DNA of 64,000 nt from positions 294,810,001 through 294,874,000 of the forward strand of contig OZ024742.1 in assembly GCA_964016885.1 (NCBI GenBank), given 5' to 3'. A program made the position numbers and the translations under genes. Origin of the DNA: Eledone cirrhosa (lineage: Eukaryota). The notes below the pieces were generated by a model. It was not told where the DNA came from, ran no database searches, and was given only the letters and a program-made list of their open reading frames with translations. Below are positions 49,696-63,584 of the stretch, piece by piece (position 1 is the first letter of the stretch; each line of letters starts with the position of its first letter).

Positions 49696-50347
49696 CTGAA
49701 AGAACTAAATTCATTGAAGTTCTGTTATGATTTAAGGGGTGCATAAAATAGATTTATTTTCATAAAAAAGAAAGGAGCTGATTATCAAATCAGACCCAGA
49801 AGATAGTGTTTCCCTTTCTGATATTATCTGCCAGCTGTATAGTTCAGTATACCCTATATACTGAACTCATGAAGGTGCATGGCTTTGTGGTTAGGGTATT
49901 TGGCTTACTATGATAAGGTTGTAAGGGCACATTGTGTCCTTGAGCAAGACACTTTATTTCATTTTGCTCCAGTCAATTCAGCTGGCAAAAATTAGTTTTA
50001 CCTGTAATTTGCAGGGCCAGCCTTGTCACATTCTGTGTCATGCTGAATCTCCCTGAGAACTATGTTAAGGGTATGCGTGTCTGTGGAATGCTCGGCCACT
50101 TGCACGTTAATTTCATGAGCAGGCTGTTTCATTGTTTGGATCAACTGGAACGCTTGTCATCATAACTGACGGAGTGCCAGTTTTTTAAAAATATATATTG
50201 CACTATATGGTGGTGCTACTCCAAACAAAATCTTATCTGGGATGACTAAAACATAGGGCCTCTCCCTCTGATTAAACAAATATTTAATGAAATTTAGAAC
50301 ATAAAAACAATTCACATGGATGAAAAAAAAATTTAATTAAATCATAC

Positions 50348-50453
50348 CAGTTGACTTTGCAGGCCTTCTATCCTATTTCTTTGGAGTCTGGATACATTTT
50401 CTCTGTCTACTTGATCTAGAGAAATCTGCCTTCTCAACTCATCATTTTCTTCT
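50348..50453 (-). CDS. coding exon 5
   Basis: TTTACAG|(R)EENDELRRQISLDQVDRENVSRLQRNRIEGLQSQL|GTATGA; 106 nt, phase 2-0. Confidence 0.82.
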
Positions 50454-50543
50454 CTGTAAAAACATATTGACTACAAACACCACAAATGTCTAGCATCAAA
50501 TCATAATTGTTATCAATAAATATATTGTTATCAATATATATAT

Positions 50544-50860
50544 GGAGGCACATGGCTTAGTGGTGAGAGCATTGGCCTTGCAATCGAAAGGTTGTGAGTT
50601 CAATTCTCAGACCGGGTGATGTGTTGTTTCCTTGAGCAAGGCACTTTATTTCACATTGCTCCAGTTTACTCAGCTGTAGAAATGAGATGATAGGGACTGG
50701 GGTCCCTATCATTCCACTGCAAAGTGGTCGTGGAGGTGCCACGGCAAAAACCACCCAGCACTGACTGTAAATGAGGTTGGTGTTAGGAATCAAGCCAGAA
50801 TCAGTTCCCGTCCCACCCTTGCAAGCAGGAAAAGTGGACGTAAAATGATGATGATGATGA
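50544..50860 (+). mobile_element. tRNA-derived SINE family 2 (CORE-like CCTTGAGCAAGGCACTT block, RTE-like tail); relatives at about 45130-45400, 49870-50185, 51560-51680(-) and 37795-38035
   Basis: A box TGGCTTAGTGG, B box GAGTTCAATTC; the 3' end GGAAAAGTGGACGTAAAATGATGATG resembles the RTE 3'UTR end. Confidence 0.85.
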
Positions 50861-51124
50861 TACAATGGCTTCAAAAATATAGATAGAAGTAAATTGTAGT
50901 ACCATGGCCAATGGGATATATCTGGTTAAATAAACTAAGTTTTATTATTTACAGTTGTATAAATAACATTACAAATTATTTATAATTCTTAAGAATGAAA
51001 ATATTAACACAAATATAAACACATATAATAAATACAATTAATTATTGCTAGGAACCTTACAAATATAATGCAAAAAAATATGATCAAAGCGAGAGAAAAA
51101 AAACAACCATCAATTCACCACCAA

Positions 51125-51335
51125 CTATGACAATCAGGCAAAATTTTTAGGCAAGCCAACATGCTCGCAGCATTTCCACAAGTTATGGCAAGGCAAAGGT
51201 GCTAAAAAACCAAGCACCCTCATGGGCATCATCTGACACCTCAGTAAAGTGAGCTGCTAATGATGTGAAAAACTTTGCTGTCAGCAGCCCACAGCTCCAT
51301 CAAACGTTTTAAACACCACAGGCTGGAAAAAAATA
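51125..51335 (-). mobile_element. CRE-clade 3' fragment
   Basis: Homologous to the copies at 18470 and 25540. Confidence 0.75.
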
Positions 51336-52312
51336 GCTATTTGATTGTTCCCTCTAACACAATATATGGACAATGGTAACAAACTGAATCAGCCAATGAA
51401 ACTACATATGTAGATATATATAGACTGTATTTGTAAGTGTCATATATTTTTTTTTTTTTTTTTTAAACGATCGACTTTCGTCAAATCGGACCGAGGGAAC
51501 AATGTTTCCGTTGGTCTTTCCAATTGCTAATACTATCTATCGGTCGCAACTCCAGGTAGAAGGAGCAACGTGAAATAAAGTGTCTTGCTCAAGGACATAA
51601 CGTATCGCCTGGTCCAGGAATCGAACTCACAACCTTACGATTGCGAATCCAATTATCTAACCACTCAGCCACACGCCTTCAGTGTCATATATAAAAGTAG
51701 TTAAAGAGTCAATTATCTGATCAGATCAAAGAATTAATGTTTCCATTGCTGATAATATCAGCCAGTCACAACTCCTATCAAAAGCATCACCACTTTTTAG
51801 TGATAAAAGGCAGAATTTGAACTCAGAACATACAGAGCCAGAACAGATTGTGTAAAGAACTCCATTGGATTTTTTAATGAGTTTCCCAATCCATCACCTA
51901 TAGACTGGTATTTTATTTTTGACTCCAAAAGGATGAAAGGCAAAGTTGACTTCAACAGGATTTAAATTCAGAACACAGAAAGCTGAAACAAATACTAATG
52001 TATTTCATCTAATGCTTTAATAACTCTGTTAATTTACTGCTTTATGTATATAATACAGGTTATGTATATAGCCCTAGGTAAATTCTGAGCAAACTTTATG
52101 ATCAAAGGCTTACAATAAGCTGAAGTATTGGTGGTACTGGTGATGGCAGTGGTGTTGGTGAAGGTAATTGTGTTGGTGAAGGTAATGGCGTTGGTGAAGG
52201 CAGTGATGTTGTTGGTGATATTTGTGGACTTAGTGGTGGTGTTGGTAATGGTATTTGTGGTGCTGATGAAGGTAGTAATGATGAAGTAAAGCCATAAAAC
52301 TTATAACCATAC

Positions 52313-52662
52313 CTGAAATCAATTATTTTCCTCTCTCCTTGTTCTAATTTAGATTTCAATTCCTCCATTTGTTGTCTGAAGGTCCTACATTGTGATTCCA
52401 GAACCCAAACCTCTTGTTTAACAAAAGAAATTGTTTCTTTATGTTGGTCAATGATGTTTGAAAGCTCCCTAACTTCTTCGTCCCTTTTTTCTACAGTAAG
52501 GGCCAATTGCTTACATTTAAATCTCAGTTGTGAAAGTTCTTCCTGTATTTCATCTGGAATGATATTCAATCTATTGGCATAACCTTTCTCCCTCAGTTTG
52601 TCTAATAGAAGGGCTGCTTCTGCTCTCAGCTTTATGTTTTCATCAGTTATTTGTTCAAGTTT
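52313..52662 (-). CDS. coding exon 4 (coiled coil)
   Basis: TTGCAG|KLEQITDENIKLRAEAALLL..EQGERKIIDF(R)|GTATGG; 350 nt, phase 0-2. Confidence 0.88.
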
Positions 52663-52709
52663 CTGCAACCAAAAAACATTTCATCTGCTTACTGTAATAA
52701 ACCATGTAA

Positions 52710-52890
52710 ATACAGTACACTGTGAAAAGTACACAGTAAAAATACACTGTGTGTGAAATACACTGTGTGTGAAATACTGAGAAAAATACACTGTGTCAAA
52801 TACATTGTTTAAAATGCGCTGTTTAAATTGCACTGTTTAAAATGCACTGTTTAAAATACAGTTTAAAATGCACTGTATAGAAGACACTGT
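52710..52890. repeat. short-period (about 16-19 bp) degenerate tandem repeat AAATACACTGT..
   Basis: Directly visible. Confidence 0.8.
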
Positions 52891-53253
52891 AAAAGGCACT
52901 ATCTATGTCCTCAAAGAAAAACATTTAATGGCTTGATCTCATGTTTTCATCACTATAGATTTGACAAGAAGACAGCCCACCATGTGAAGCTATTTCTAAT
53001 GGTTTCTTAGCTCTTATCATCACTAAAATATTGGTCAAGGAGCAATGATGTGTAAAGCTTCTCATGCATTGAAGATTTGAATTTGGGGATAAAGTGAGTA
53101 GGGAGGTATTTTAGGAACCCAGAATCAGATGTTTCCACTGCTATGAGTTCAGTGATAAGTTTATCAGAGAGTAACCAATACATTGACACTTTGTGATCTT
53201 CAGCTTATCAGTCAACAAAACCTAGGCCTAATATAAAATAAAAGACAGCTTAC

Positions 53254-53442
53254 CTGCTGCTGGAGATCAGGATCTGTATCTGTAAAGTTTGTTGCATGAA
53301 TATCTGTTAGAAGAGGGCTTACACCAACAATTTCTAACAGATGTTTTGATGTACAGTCAGGTAATGGCTGAAAGCTGGCAATGCTGGTGTTTGGACTTTG
53401 TAATGGCAATGACTTCACATCAAATGGTAAAGAATCATTTCC
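53254..53442 (-). CDS. coding exon 3
   Basis: TTTATAG|GNDSLPFDVKSLPLQSP..TDPDLQQQ|GTAAG; 189 nt, phase 0-0. Confidence 0.8.
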
Positions 53443-53526
53443 CTATAAAAGAAAATAAACAATTCATCATCATAATTACTATCATCATCACCATGACCAT
53501 TATCCTCCTCCTCCTCCTCCTCCTCC

Positions 53527-53574
<48 letters not shown>

Positions 53575-55736
53575 CCATCATCATGATCATCATCATGATC
53601 ATCATCATCATCATTTAACACCCATTTTCCTTGCTAGCAAGTGGGATCTCAGGCAGTTTAGCAAAGTGCAGAGGTTTTATATGTGGTCAATGCACAGGAG
53701 CAGTAAGCAGCAAGAGTACACAGGAAACAAGCTCTTTTAAATGCTCAGAGGGCTCCATAGAAGTAGTTGATAGCTTCTTTTACCTGGGTGACCAAATTAG
53801 ATGCAGGTAAAAGTGGCTTGGTGTGGTGCTGGATGGCTGGAGGACTCCTTGGTTTAATCAAGAGATCAAAGATGCTATCTGAGCAAAGAAGGAGGCCTAC
53901 AAAGCTTCGCTTGGAAATAAGTCCTCTTTCTTGCACTTGTAGTACAAGCAGGTGCAAAAAGTCACAGCCGAGACAGTAAAGCCATCCAAAGTTTGACATG
54001 GAAGGACTTTGGGGTTATGCTGTCCAGGAGTTCATTATTATCCATGTGATGTTATTATTTAGTGGAGCTGTAATATCTAAATGTCTTTAGCAGAAAAATA
54101 ATATTATGCCATATTGGCATACTATTAATAAGAAAGAATATAAGTTATTGTTGTTATTTGTTATAGTGAGAAATGTAATGTTTGTTAAGTGAGAGAGAGA
54201 GGTAAAGTTAGCCGTAAAGCGAATGTTTGTTGAAGTAAAGATATGTTTGTATTAAAGATGAATGTTAGAAGTAGTTGTAGTACGGTTGTAGGTTTTGTAC
54301 AAAAATATCACAAGACTGTCCACAATATTTTACAAGTTTTATTTACAATCGATAACAAAAGTTAAGCTGGGTTGCCAAGTCAAACAAAAGAACAAACAAA
54401 ATTAAGAGTTTTTAGAAGTAAATAAAGGCACTGTGCCGGGCCGAAGGAGGCCGACAGACCAAAGTGAAAGTCTCACCATTACATAATGACGTGTTGACTT
54501 CTCAGAGTCCAAAGTAGCAAGAGGCTAGTTTTTATCAAAGAAGCGGGAAAATCTTTGAGGTGGCGGAAGTTGATATATATTCATACGTGGCTTACAATTG
54601 GTCTGACTTTAGCCAAATCACGCCTGGATAGATTATTGATACATGCCACGCAAGTAACTCCACTACATGTCTTATGGATTTTGTTATAACAACATATCAT
54701 TAATTCCTGTTATTTGTTTAATAAAATTTCCTTGGAGATCATAATTTGGAATACTTCATCGGAGCCCAGTGGACATTCTCTGTGTTCATCTTGATAGGAT
54801 TTGACCCTTTTTAAAATACTCCATTCTAACTTGTATTTAATATTCTAAAACTTGCATAGGTTAACTGCCTCAACCAATCATATTGTATTAGCTAGTTTAC
54901 TGTATCTACAGGTATGTGAGTGTGAATAATACCTTTTTCTTTAAAGAGTTAATGGTAGCTCTTATATATATATATACTTGAATATTATTCTTAGTCACTA
55001 CTTTACATTTGTATACTACATTGCTAATGAGACAGTTTCCTTTAAGTAGACAATCCCCCATAACCCTACAGTAGCAATTTTGATTGATTGTATTATGAGA
55101 GGAATTTTGGACATGCTGGTTGGTTCATAGTTATGAGATTATTGGAGGCAGCAAGTGATGTTGTTATTGTTGGTTGTGTTATGTATCATTAGCTAGATGA
55201 GGGAGCCACTATGAAGTCAAACAATTTGGTCTCCCTGACACACAAAAGGGAGGACACTTTTAACAATATATAAACAGATAGGATGGTAATTATTTGAACA
55301 CTTTTATGATAATGATGATGATGATGGTCATTATGGTAGCATTGGTAGTGATGATGTGAGTGGCTGTGGTAGTGGTGATGATGATGACAGTGGTAGTGGT
55401 GGTGAAGGTGGTGGTGTGGTAGTGGTGGTGATAATAATGATGATGGTGTTGGTGGTGGTGGATGAGGATGATAATGGTCTGGATGGTGGTGGCAATGATG
55501 ACAATGGCGATAAGGATGATGATGGTGATGATGGTGATGATACACTCTGTCTGTGTTTATCATAGTAACAGCAATAGAGAAAACTCTTTCCTGCTCTATC
55601 ATTTTGCTCCATGAATTTTAAAGACCATTATGTTTAAACAGATTTATACAAGACATCAGTCTATCCTAAACTACTTATGAAATACAACTTGTATGTACAA
55701 ATAAAGTAAAATAAGATGAATACATTTTCAACTTAC

Positions 55737-55875
55737 TTTTGAATCTGTGATACTAGGAATAGGATCAGTTTTTAAGTTTGAGTAGCTAATGTCTGTGTGA
55801 ATCACAGCTAATTGGTTCAAAGTATTTTCTTGGTTTATCTTGGTTGATGTTGTGAGGTCCAAGTTCTGGTAAAAA
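55737..55875 (-). CDS. coding exon 2
   Basis: TTTCTACTAG|(S)FYQNLDLTTSTKINQENTLNQL..PSITDSK|GTAAGT; 139 nt, phase 2-0, bridges the giant exon to exon 3. Confidence 0.65.
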
Positions 55876-58029
55876 CTAGTAGAAACAAACAAAAAGTATC
55901 ATATTACAGAAATTAAATCTGAATTTTTTCTTTATTATTCAATAAGAAATTATACTGAACTACTATATCTAACTCTTAATATCCTGTACCACATGAACAT
56001 GAAACTGCATGAATAAATCATTCTTCAAAAGTACAAAACAGTACTATGACTGCATCAAATTAAATATTAAAGTTTTAACTCTAATACAGCAAATTTTCAC
56101 AATAATTTGTTCACTAATAAAGACATAAATATTTGAATTAACAAACCCATTTTTAGATATTACCTTCTAAATCATTACAGGATGTTAAAGAGTTAAAGGA
56201 AAATAGTTTGATTTGTGGCTAACAGAATCTTCTCTCCTTTATTATTCAATTATTCAATATGGAATTGCTGAATCTAAAGACCAGTTTGAACTGTAGCTAC
56301 CACAATCCTCACTGTGTTTTATTATTCAATAAAGAAAAGGAAAAGGAAAGGAGCCAATCATCAGATTGAACCAACGAATCAATATTTCTATTGGTCTTTC
56401 CATTACTGATACTATTGATAGATGCAATTCCTGATAGAAAAGGTGAGATTTGAACTCAGAATGTGCAGAGCCAAAACAGATACAGCAAAGCATCCTGTTT
56501 GACTCTAACAATTCTAACTATCCACCACTTTGGACAGGTACTTTATTTATTGACTCTGTCACATGTTGACCTCACTGGGATTTGAACTATTGAATTTAAA
56601 GAAAACCAGCTTGATCTGTGGCTAACACAATCTTCACTCTGTTTTATTATTCAATAAAAAAATTGTATTAAACTATTGAATTTAGCCCTTTAACCCTTTA
56701 GTTACCAACACAGCCAAAACCGTCTCTGGTTCTATGAAATAAAACCACCCATTTTAAAGTTTTCATAATTCTATATAAGAACCTTACATTAAGTTACTAT
56801 CTTAATAAGGAAATAATTAATAAGTTTAATAAATCCCTCAAAATTCTTCATTAATTAATTAAAATAGAGTTTATTTCATTAGAAATGTGATCATGAAAGA
56901 GTTAATCACCATATTTCTAATTAAAAATATTGCCTATAACTTTTGAATAATTATGAAAATAACTGAGAATTTAGAGAGATTTAGTAATATAACTAATTTT
57001 CTCATTGTTATACTGGTGTGTGGAACATAACACATTTTCTTACATAGAATATGATGGAAGGTTTTTCTAGATAAATATAAACATTTCAAAATAAACAGTT
57101 CTACATCATAGAACCAGGGTCAGTTTCAATCGGTTTAATATCAAATAGTCTTCAAGTTTTATCAATAAATAATTTGTACTGGACTATTGAATTTAAAGGA
57201 AACTAGTACAAACACTGTAACACTGAAAGTAAATGTAATGAGAGACCTGAGGCTTTAGTATTGGCAATAGAATGGACATTGTACAGCTTGTAAGGTGGTT
57301 GATGTTAGGAAGAGCAATCAACCTTAGAAACCATGTCAAAATATGGAACATATGAGTGAGATGAGTTGCTCTGACTTATCTAGTCTCAGATGGTGACAAT
57401 CTGCCCAACCCACACAAGTGTGGAAAGCAGATCAAAAACGACGACCATCACGATGATGAAGATGACAACGATGATGATCATAATGATGATAGTTTTCTTA
57501 ATCATAGGAAAGAAAGGCAGTGGATTGCAATAAATTGGGTAACCAGCAGTTCATCTCTTGATGTCACAATACCTTTGTGTCATGCAACCAAGATGCTTGA
57601 ACTGGTACTTTATTTTACCAACTCTGATAAGATAAAAGACAATGTTAACCTCAGCAGGATTTGAACTCAAAACCAAGAGAGAGAGAGAACAAATACCACA
57701 AAATATCTTGTTTTATGCTTTAACAACTCTGCCAATATAACTAGGATATATAGGGGAAACTATAACTGATCAGCCTTAATAAACCATTAATTTTTATTAT
57801 GGTATTGAGTAATCATTCTTGCATTATTCAATACTAACACACACATGTATATATATATACTTATATATATATATATATATATATAGCTTAGGGATTGTAA
57901 CATCAAGTTACTATAGATTCATCAAAGTGACCACTCGATCCATAGTCTTAGTCAGTTGTACTAAGCAGAGTGTAAAATAATGATAATAATAATAATAATA
58001 TGGACAAGGTGTCAAATTTACATTATGTT

Positions 58030-58190
58030 TATTGAGGTGTGATGTACGTTTCACAATCGATCAGCTCAAGGTTTGATCTGTATATATTTCCTTAATGCTG
58101 TACAAGAATCATTCCGTCATTGCGCTAACAGAAGACTGATGAGCTTTTAATTCCAGAGTCAGCCCCGATCGATACAGATCAAATCTCTGC
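58030..58190. mobile_element. relative of the 33296-33639 hammerhead-like element
   Basis: CTGATGAGCTTTTAATTCCAGAG at 58136 (+); GAGCTGATC..GTGAAACGTACATC on the minus strand at about 58040-58067; internal IR TTTGATCTGTAT/ATACAGATCAAA. Confidence 0.55.
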
Positions 58191-59429
58191 TTTAGAGATA
58201 GTGTTATGATAAAATACACCCAGTACAGCCTGTAAGGTGATTGGTTTTAGGAAGGACATTCAGTCATAGAAACTATGCCAAGTATGAAATGTAATGCGGT
58301 TACTCTGATCTATCTGGTCTTGGATTGTAACAACCTATCCAACCTATGCCAGTTTGGAAAGCAGAAGTAAAATGATGATGATGATGATGATGCCTCTATG
58401 TGAAGTGTGCACCCCGCATTCAGAATTACTGAAATAGAGAGTCTTTCATTGTCTCCTTTCTAGTATATTTGCTAGAACAGAGATGGCAGTACCTACACAG
58501 ACTATTTTCTGATATTATTATATATTTAATAGGAAGAGACTATTTTGACAGTCCTGGTAAAATAGACCCCCAGTCTATTTTTTGCAGCATAGAGTAGCAG
58601 CCCTTTACAGTTCAAATCCCGTCGAGGTTAGCTTTGAGTTTCATCCTTATTGGGGTCGATAAAATAAAGCACCAGTAATACACTGGGATCGATTTGACTT
58701 TCCCCTCTCCCAGAATTTTTGGCCTTGTGACTAGATTAGAAACCATTATTATGAAGGCAGATAATGTTAAAAATAACAACACAGATTTAACACAGAAGTT
58801 TATTTATTTCCACTGCCAATTATTAAGACAATTTAAGTCCTAACCCTAACTCTAACCCAAACCCAAACCCAACACTAACACTATTTATATTTACTGGGGA
58901 CCGGTAAAATAAGCTTAAAAAGCATGTTTGTCTATTTTACCAGCAAAGTAGCCTATTTGTATTTAATATGATTGTAGAAATATGCGATTCTTTAAGGTTC
59001 AGTAATGTGCCCTTCTAAAATCTACATCCTAAGCAACTGCTTAGTTGGCTTAATTGGTTGTACTAGACCTGGTTGAATAGATGAAAGTTAAATAGATGAA
59101 ACTATATCTAATAATTTGAATATTAAAAAGATTAAGTGTGTTCAGAAAAAGTTTAATACTTCAGTATTTGAATCATATGTCAGATATTTAAGAAATAAAA
59201 TACCCAGAAAACTATTAAATGGTTTTTAATTTAGGCAAAAGTCAACATTTTAGGGGAAGAAAAAGTAAATTAAATCAGCCTTAGTATTTGACTGACATAT
59301 TATTTTACTGATAATATGATCAGTTGGAGATGGGTGCTTCTGACAGGACCTGCTGGAAGGAGTATGTGAGGACTCTGCTCCCATGACCATCTAAGGAATA
59401 AGTGGATGAAGAAGAAGAATATTACTTTA

Positions 59430-59620
59430 AGTGATAGTGTTATTGCCATGATAAAATGCACACAGCTTACCCTGTAAAATAGTAGTGCTGTTGCCATGAT
59501 AAAATGCTCACAGCTTACTCTATAAAAAATTAGTGCTTGTGCCATGATAAAATTCATCCAGCCCACTCTGTAAAATAGTAGTGTTGATGGCATGATAAAA
59601 AGCACTGAGTTCACTCAGTA
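59430..59620. repeat. ~48-bp tandem repeat amplified from a SINE/RTE 3'UTR segment
   Basis: Four units of TAGTG..GCCATGATAAAATGC..CAGCTTAC.CTGTAAAA followed by an RTE-like tail. Confidence 0.75.
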
Positions 59621-60262
59621 AAGTAGCAGTGCCACTGCCACGATATAACACACCCAGTACACACTGTAAACTGATTAGCATTAGGAAGAGCATCTAACTG
59701 TAGAAACCAAAATGGAATATATATGTATGAGCAGGGTGTGGTCATCTGACCTATCAAATCTCAGCATGCAACAACCTGTCTAACCCATGCCAGCATGGAA
59801 AATAAATATAAAACTGCAATGATAATGATGATGATGTCTTTGGAATGATGAAAAGTAAAGTTGACTTTGGTGAGATTTGAACTCAGAATGCAATTGGCCA
59901 GAACAAATGGCACAAAACATTTCATCTGACACAAGAAAAATTCTGCCAATCCACTGCACTTCTTAGAAAATCATTGAATAAACACAGAAATAGTTAGAAG
60001 TAATAAAGAAATCTAAAGAATTCTAAGACATTTTATTCATTCTTTTGCTTGTTTATATATCTGACAGGCTTCTTCACAGTTTTCATTAACCAAATTTCAC
60101 TCACAAAGCATTGGTTTTACCAATATAGTAGAAAACATTTGCAGAATGTACCATACAGTGCAACAAAACCCGAAACTACATGGTTATGAAGTGAACATTT
60201 TACTCACACAGCCATTTCATTAAAAAAAAAGGAAGAAACATTAGCATATATTACACAAACAC

Positions 60263-62949
60263 CTGATACAAATATTTATCTGGTCTTTGTATAAATTATT
60301 TCCAAGTACTGATGGTACCACTGTAATATTGGTCTGTGTTGTTTTGTGCAAACTTAAAATACTTTGATTACACTGATCTGTTTGGTTTCTTGGTTTATCA
60401 TGAAAAAGAAGATCCTTTTCACAAACCAAACTCTTGGAATCCATTGAATTAGTTTGGTGATTTTCTTTGGAACTTTTGATTTGTTCTTCTTTCTTGTTTT
60501 TCTCCTCTTTATTTGAATTCAAAAAAAGAAAAACTTCAGATCTGAAAGTAGTTTTATTATTCTTACATTTGTTGTAATTAATTTTAGGGTAATTAAAGTA
60601 ATTAATTCCTTTGTTACAACTTTTTTGGTCACCATTTCCAAAGTTGGATGTAATTTTGGTGTCATTTGTAAACTTGTCCTCCTCAACACTAAAACCACTT
60701 GAAGAATCACAGCAATAATAATCATGAGATGCCAGCAAACTCTGTTGTTCATTAAGAAAATTTGTTCTGGAATAATCTCTACATCTTGATTCTGGACACA
60801 TTATGACATGATCAAAATTATTTGGAAATTTCTTAATAAAAATGGTGATGGATGTAGAATACCATGCTGCATTATATACTTCATTGTTGTTGTTGTCATT
60901 TACAGAAAGACTACAGATCTGATTGACTTTAGGCATTTCTTCAAAGTTATCACTACAAGAATAGATAGTAATGTCATCCTTACCGCAGGTAAGATAAGGA
61001 GTTCCAACAGGTGAACATCCATTCCCACAACCATTTTTATTAATCTCTGAACCATTTCTTTCATAGCCTGGTAGATAAGAAAAGTGAGAACTATATGTAC
61101 TATTATCAGAAAATTTGTTAGAAACTGAAGCAGCATCTGTGAGGTTATTTTTGTTGTTGATGTTGTTGTTATTATTCTGATATGGCGCTGGTGATATGGG
61201 CAGTTGTTGGTCAAGCTTGGTAGGTGACTCTTCTATTACGCACTTAACGTTTGATGAAATACATTGGTAAAGATGTGGGTTCCTTTGAGATGTTTTCTCT
61301 GAAAAAATTATCCCTTTCCTTTCAGAAGTTTCCACAGACTCAACTCCTGTATCCTTATCCTTATTGGAATCAATTTTGTTAATTCTAACAGTCTTCTCTC
61401 TATCTCTAGTCTTGTATATCTTGTCTCTGTCGATTGGAACATTAATTATTGTTATGAGAGAGGCAGGAGAGGATGAGAAGCTAGATGGTGATGTAAACTT
61501 TTGAGAACTCAGTAATAATTTAGTTCTTTTTTCATATGATAGGTTCTTTCCTGAGGCCTCATCAGATGAAACTGTTGAGTTAATTGGTTCAATGGAACTT
61601 GAACGTGGATTAAGAATGTCTTCTAATTCAAAACTTTCTCTCGATCTTTTCTCTATTAAGCCTAAACATATTTTATTTCGTGTTGGGGCAACATTAAAAA
61701 TATCACTAAATCCTGTGTTAGTTCTTCCAGTTTGGATCAATTTCTGTGAGGAAGTATTTTGGTTCATATCATATATTTTAGCTTCCCGGTGGTCTTGATC
61801 ATATGACTCCAATTTTCCCCTGTAGTCATCACATGGCTTTAATTTCCCTCTATATTCATCACATGATTTCACCTCAATATTCCTATCATTTTCTTCTGAG
61901 TTCCCTTCACACACCTTATTCTTCTCAACATTCAACTCACAGGTTTTCCTGTATTCAGACAGGACAGTTATCTCAGCTTCATTTTCAATATCAGAAGATT
62001 TTGATATATCACAGACATCATTCTTTGAGTAGTTAGGAGTTGTAAATGATGTTTGTTCCACTAAAGTTTCTTGTTGGAAAGAATCATCAAGTCTATTGAA
62101 ACATTGCTGAGCTTCTTCAATTTCTTCATGGATACTTTTATGTTTGTAAAATATTCCTTTATTTTCTACCATCTTCTGCTTAATTGAATAACTTTCATCA
62201 GAATCTGATCTCTCTTCCATCCAAATATTCTTTAATCTTTCATCTTCATTTTTTAAAATATCATCTTGGGGACATTTTTCTTGTTCTGATAGTTTGTCTA
62301 ATGGTTGATTTTTACCATTATCTTTGGTAAAAGAATCAGTTTCATTTCCTTCTATAGAATTTTCATGACAAGTTTCTATATTCTCAAATTGTTTACTCTC
62401 ATCATTATTATTGTCTATGAACAACTCTGCAGAATCTTGCCTCATCCTTGAATCTAAATTCCTTAATAAATCTCCGTTTGAAGATGTATAGCAGTTTTGG
62501 AGAAACCTTTCTGGTATCTTATTAGCAGCTGTATAAAACCTAATGTTGGAGAATAATTCTTCTGCCTGTCTGTAGTTCACAGAGTTATTCTTTGAGGGAG
62601 AAATCAATGGTAGACTGTCTTTTATTCTTGGTTCTCCAAGAATTTGTTGCTGACTACAATCATCAATATTTTCAATACTTTCATTGAATATGTCATCTTT
62701 TATGCCATTACCAAAAAGACTACTAGATGGGGAGCTACATAAGGAACTGGTTGATTCCTCTACATAGTTTCTTCGGAATGCTGAATTTAATATTTTGTCA
62801 TACCTCTGGAAATAGTTCTCTTCACTGACTGAACTGTCATCACTGGAATTTGCAAAATCATCATTAGAATCAGAGATTAATGACAATTTACGATCCTTTG
62901 CGGAGTATTTCTCATCAGAACATTTAACTGTAAGTACTTTTGAAGACAT
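60263..62949 (-). CDS. giant coding exon 1 (about 895 codons; Ser/Asn/Glu/Lys-rich, probably disordered) of an uncharacterised coiled-coil protein
   Basis: A 902-aa ORF in AT-rich DNA. Donor ATCAG|GTGTTT (phase 2) fits exon 2. The ATG at 62949 has an upstream in-frame stop, but an acceptor at 62966 is also possible. Confidence 0.85.
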
Positions 62950-63528
62950 TTTTTCAGATGTCCTTTCTAGTATGAAAATTAAAAATCTTTAGTCTTCTTT
63001 GACAAGTTAATATCCCATAACAAAAGATTACATGAAGATGTGACTTCTTTGCTGGTGCTGTTGTTGTTGTTATTGCTGTTGAAGTACGGGTGTGATTTGA
63101 GAAAGACTGGACAGCAATATCTAGCAGGTCTTGTGAACATGTAAGCTTTTGAGAGATTTAATTGTTGGAATGTTGTTTGAAAACCAAAAAAAACAATGTT
63201 TTCTGCGAAAGACATACAAGTATGTCTTAAACTAAATTATATTTAAGACCTGTGTTGTTATTAAAGATTTTGATTCATTAAACGATAAACATTCCAATAT
63301 CAATAACAAGTCATCATCTTCATCTGTTGTACCCTGAAATAAAATGAAAGTTTATAATCTTTATGTGAACAAATTTATTATGTTAAAGATAAAAGCAAAA
63401 AAAAAAAAAATACAAATAACATAAGTAAAATGCTATAGAATGGACAAGGCTAACCTTTCTGTTGAAAAACATATTTTTGTCAGATAATAATTTCATCTCC
63501 ACAACTTAAGGTATTTTCTATATAGTTG

Positions 63529-63583
<55 letters not shown>

Positions 63584-63584
<1 letters not shown>

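Noticed and set aside
52102-52312. Pro-rich extension of ORF 52102..52668
   Set aside because: It lies past the GT donor at 52312, and the spliced path to exon 5 fits the phase. It could at most be an intron-retention isoform.
55189-55602. poly-His ORF
   Set aside because: (GAT/GGT)n microsatellite; no splice evidence for the His tract.
58838-58882. interstitial telomere-like CCTAACCCTAA repeats
   Set aside because: Only a few degenerate units, inside what looks like a small repeat element with GGTAAAATAGAC/GTCTATTTTACC inverted motifs.
63240-63333. upstream exon candidate after the acceptor at 63334
   Set aside because: All frames stop within about 35 codons and there is no strong donor; it may be 5'UTR, so I did not call it coding.
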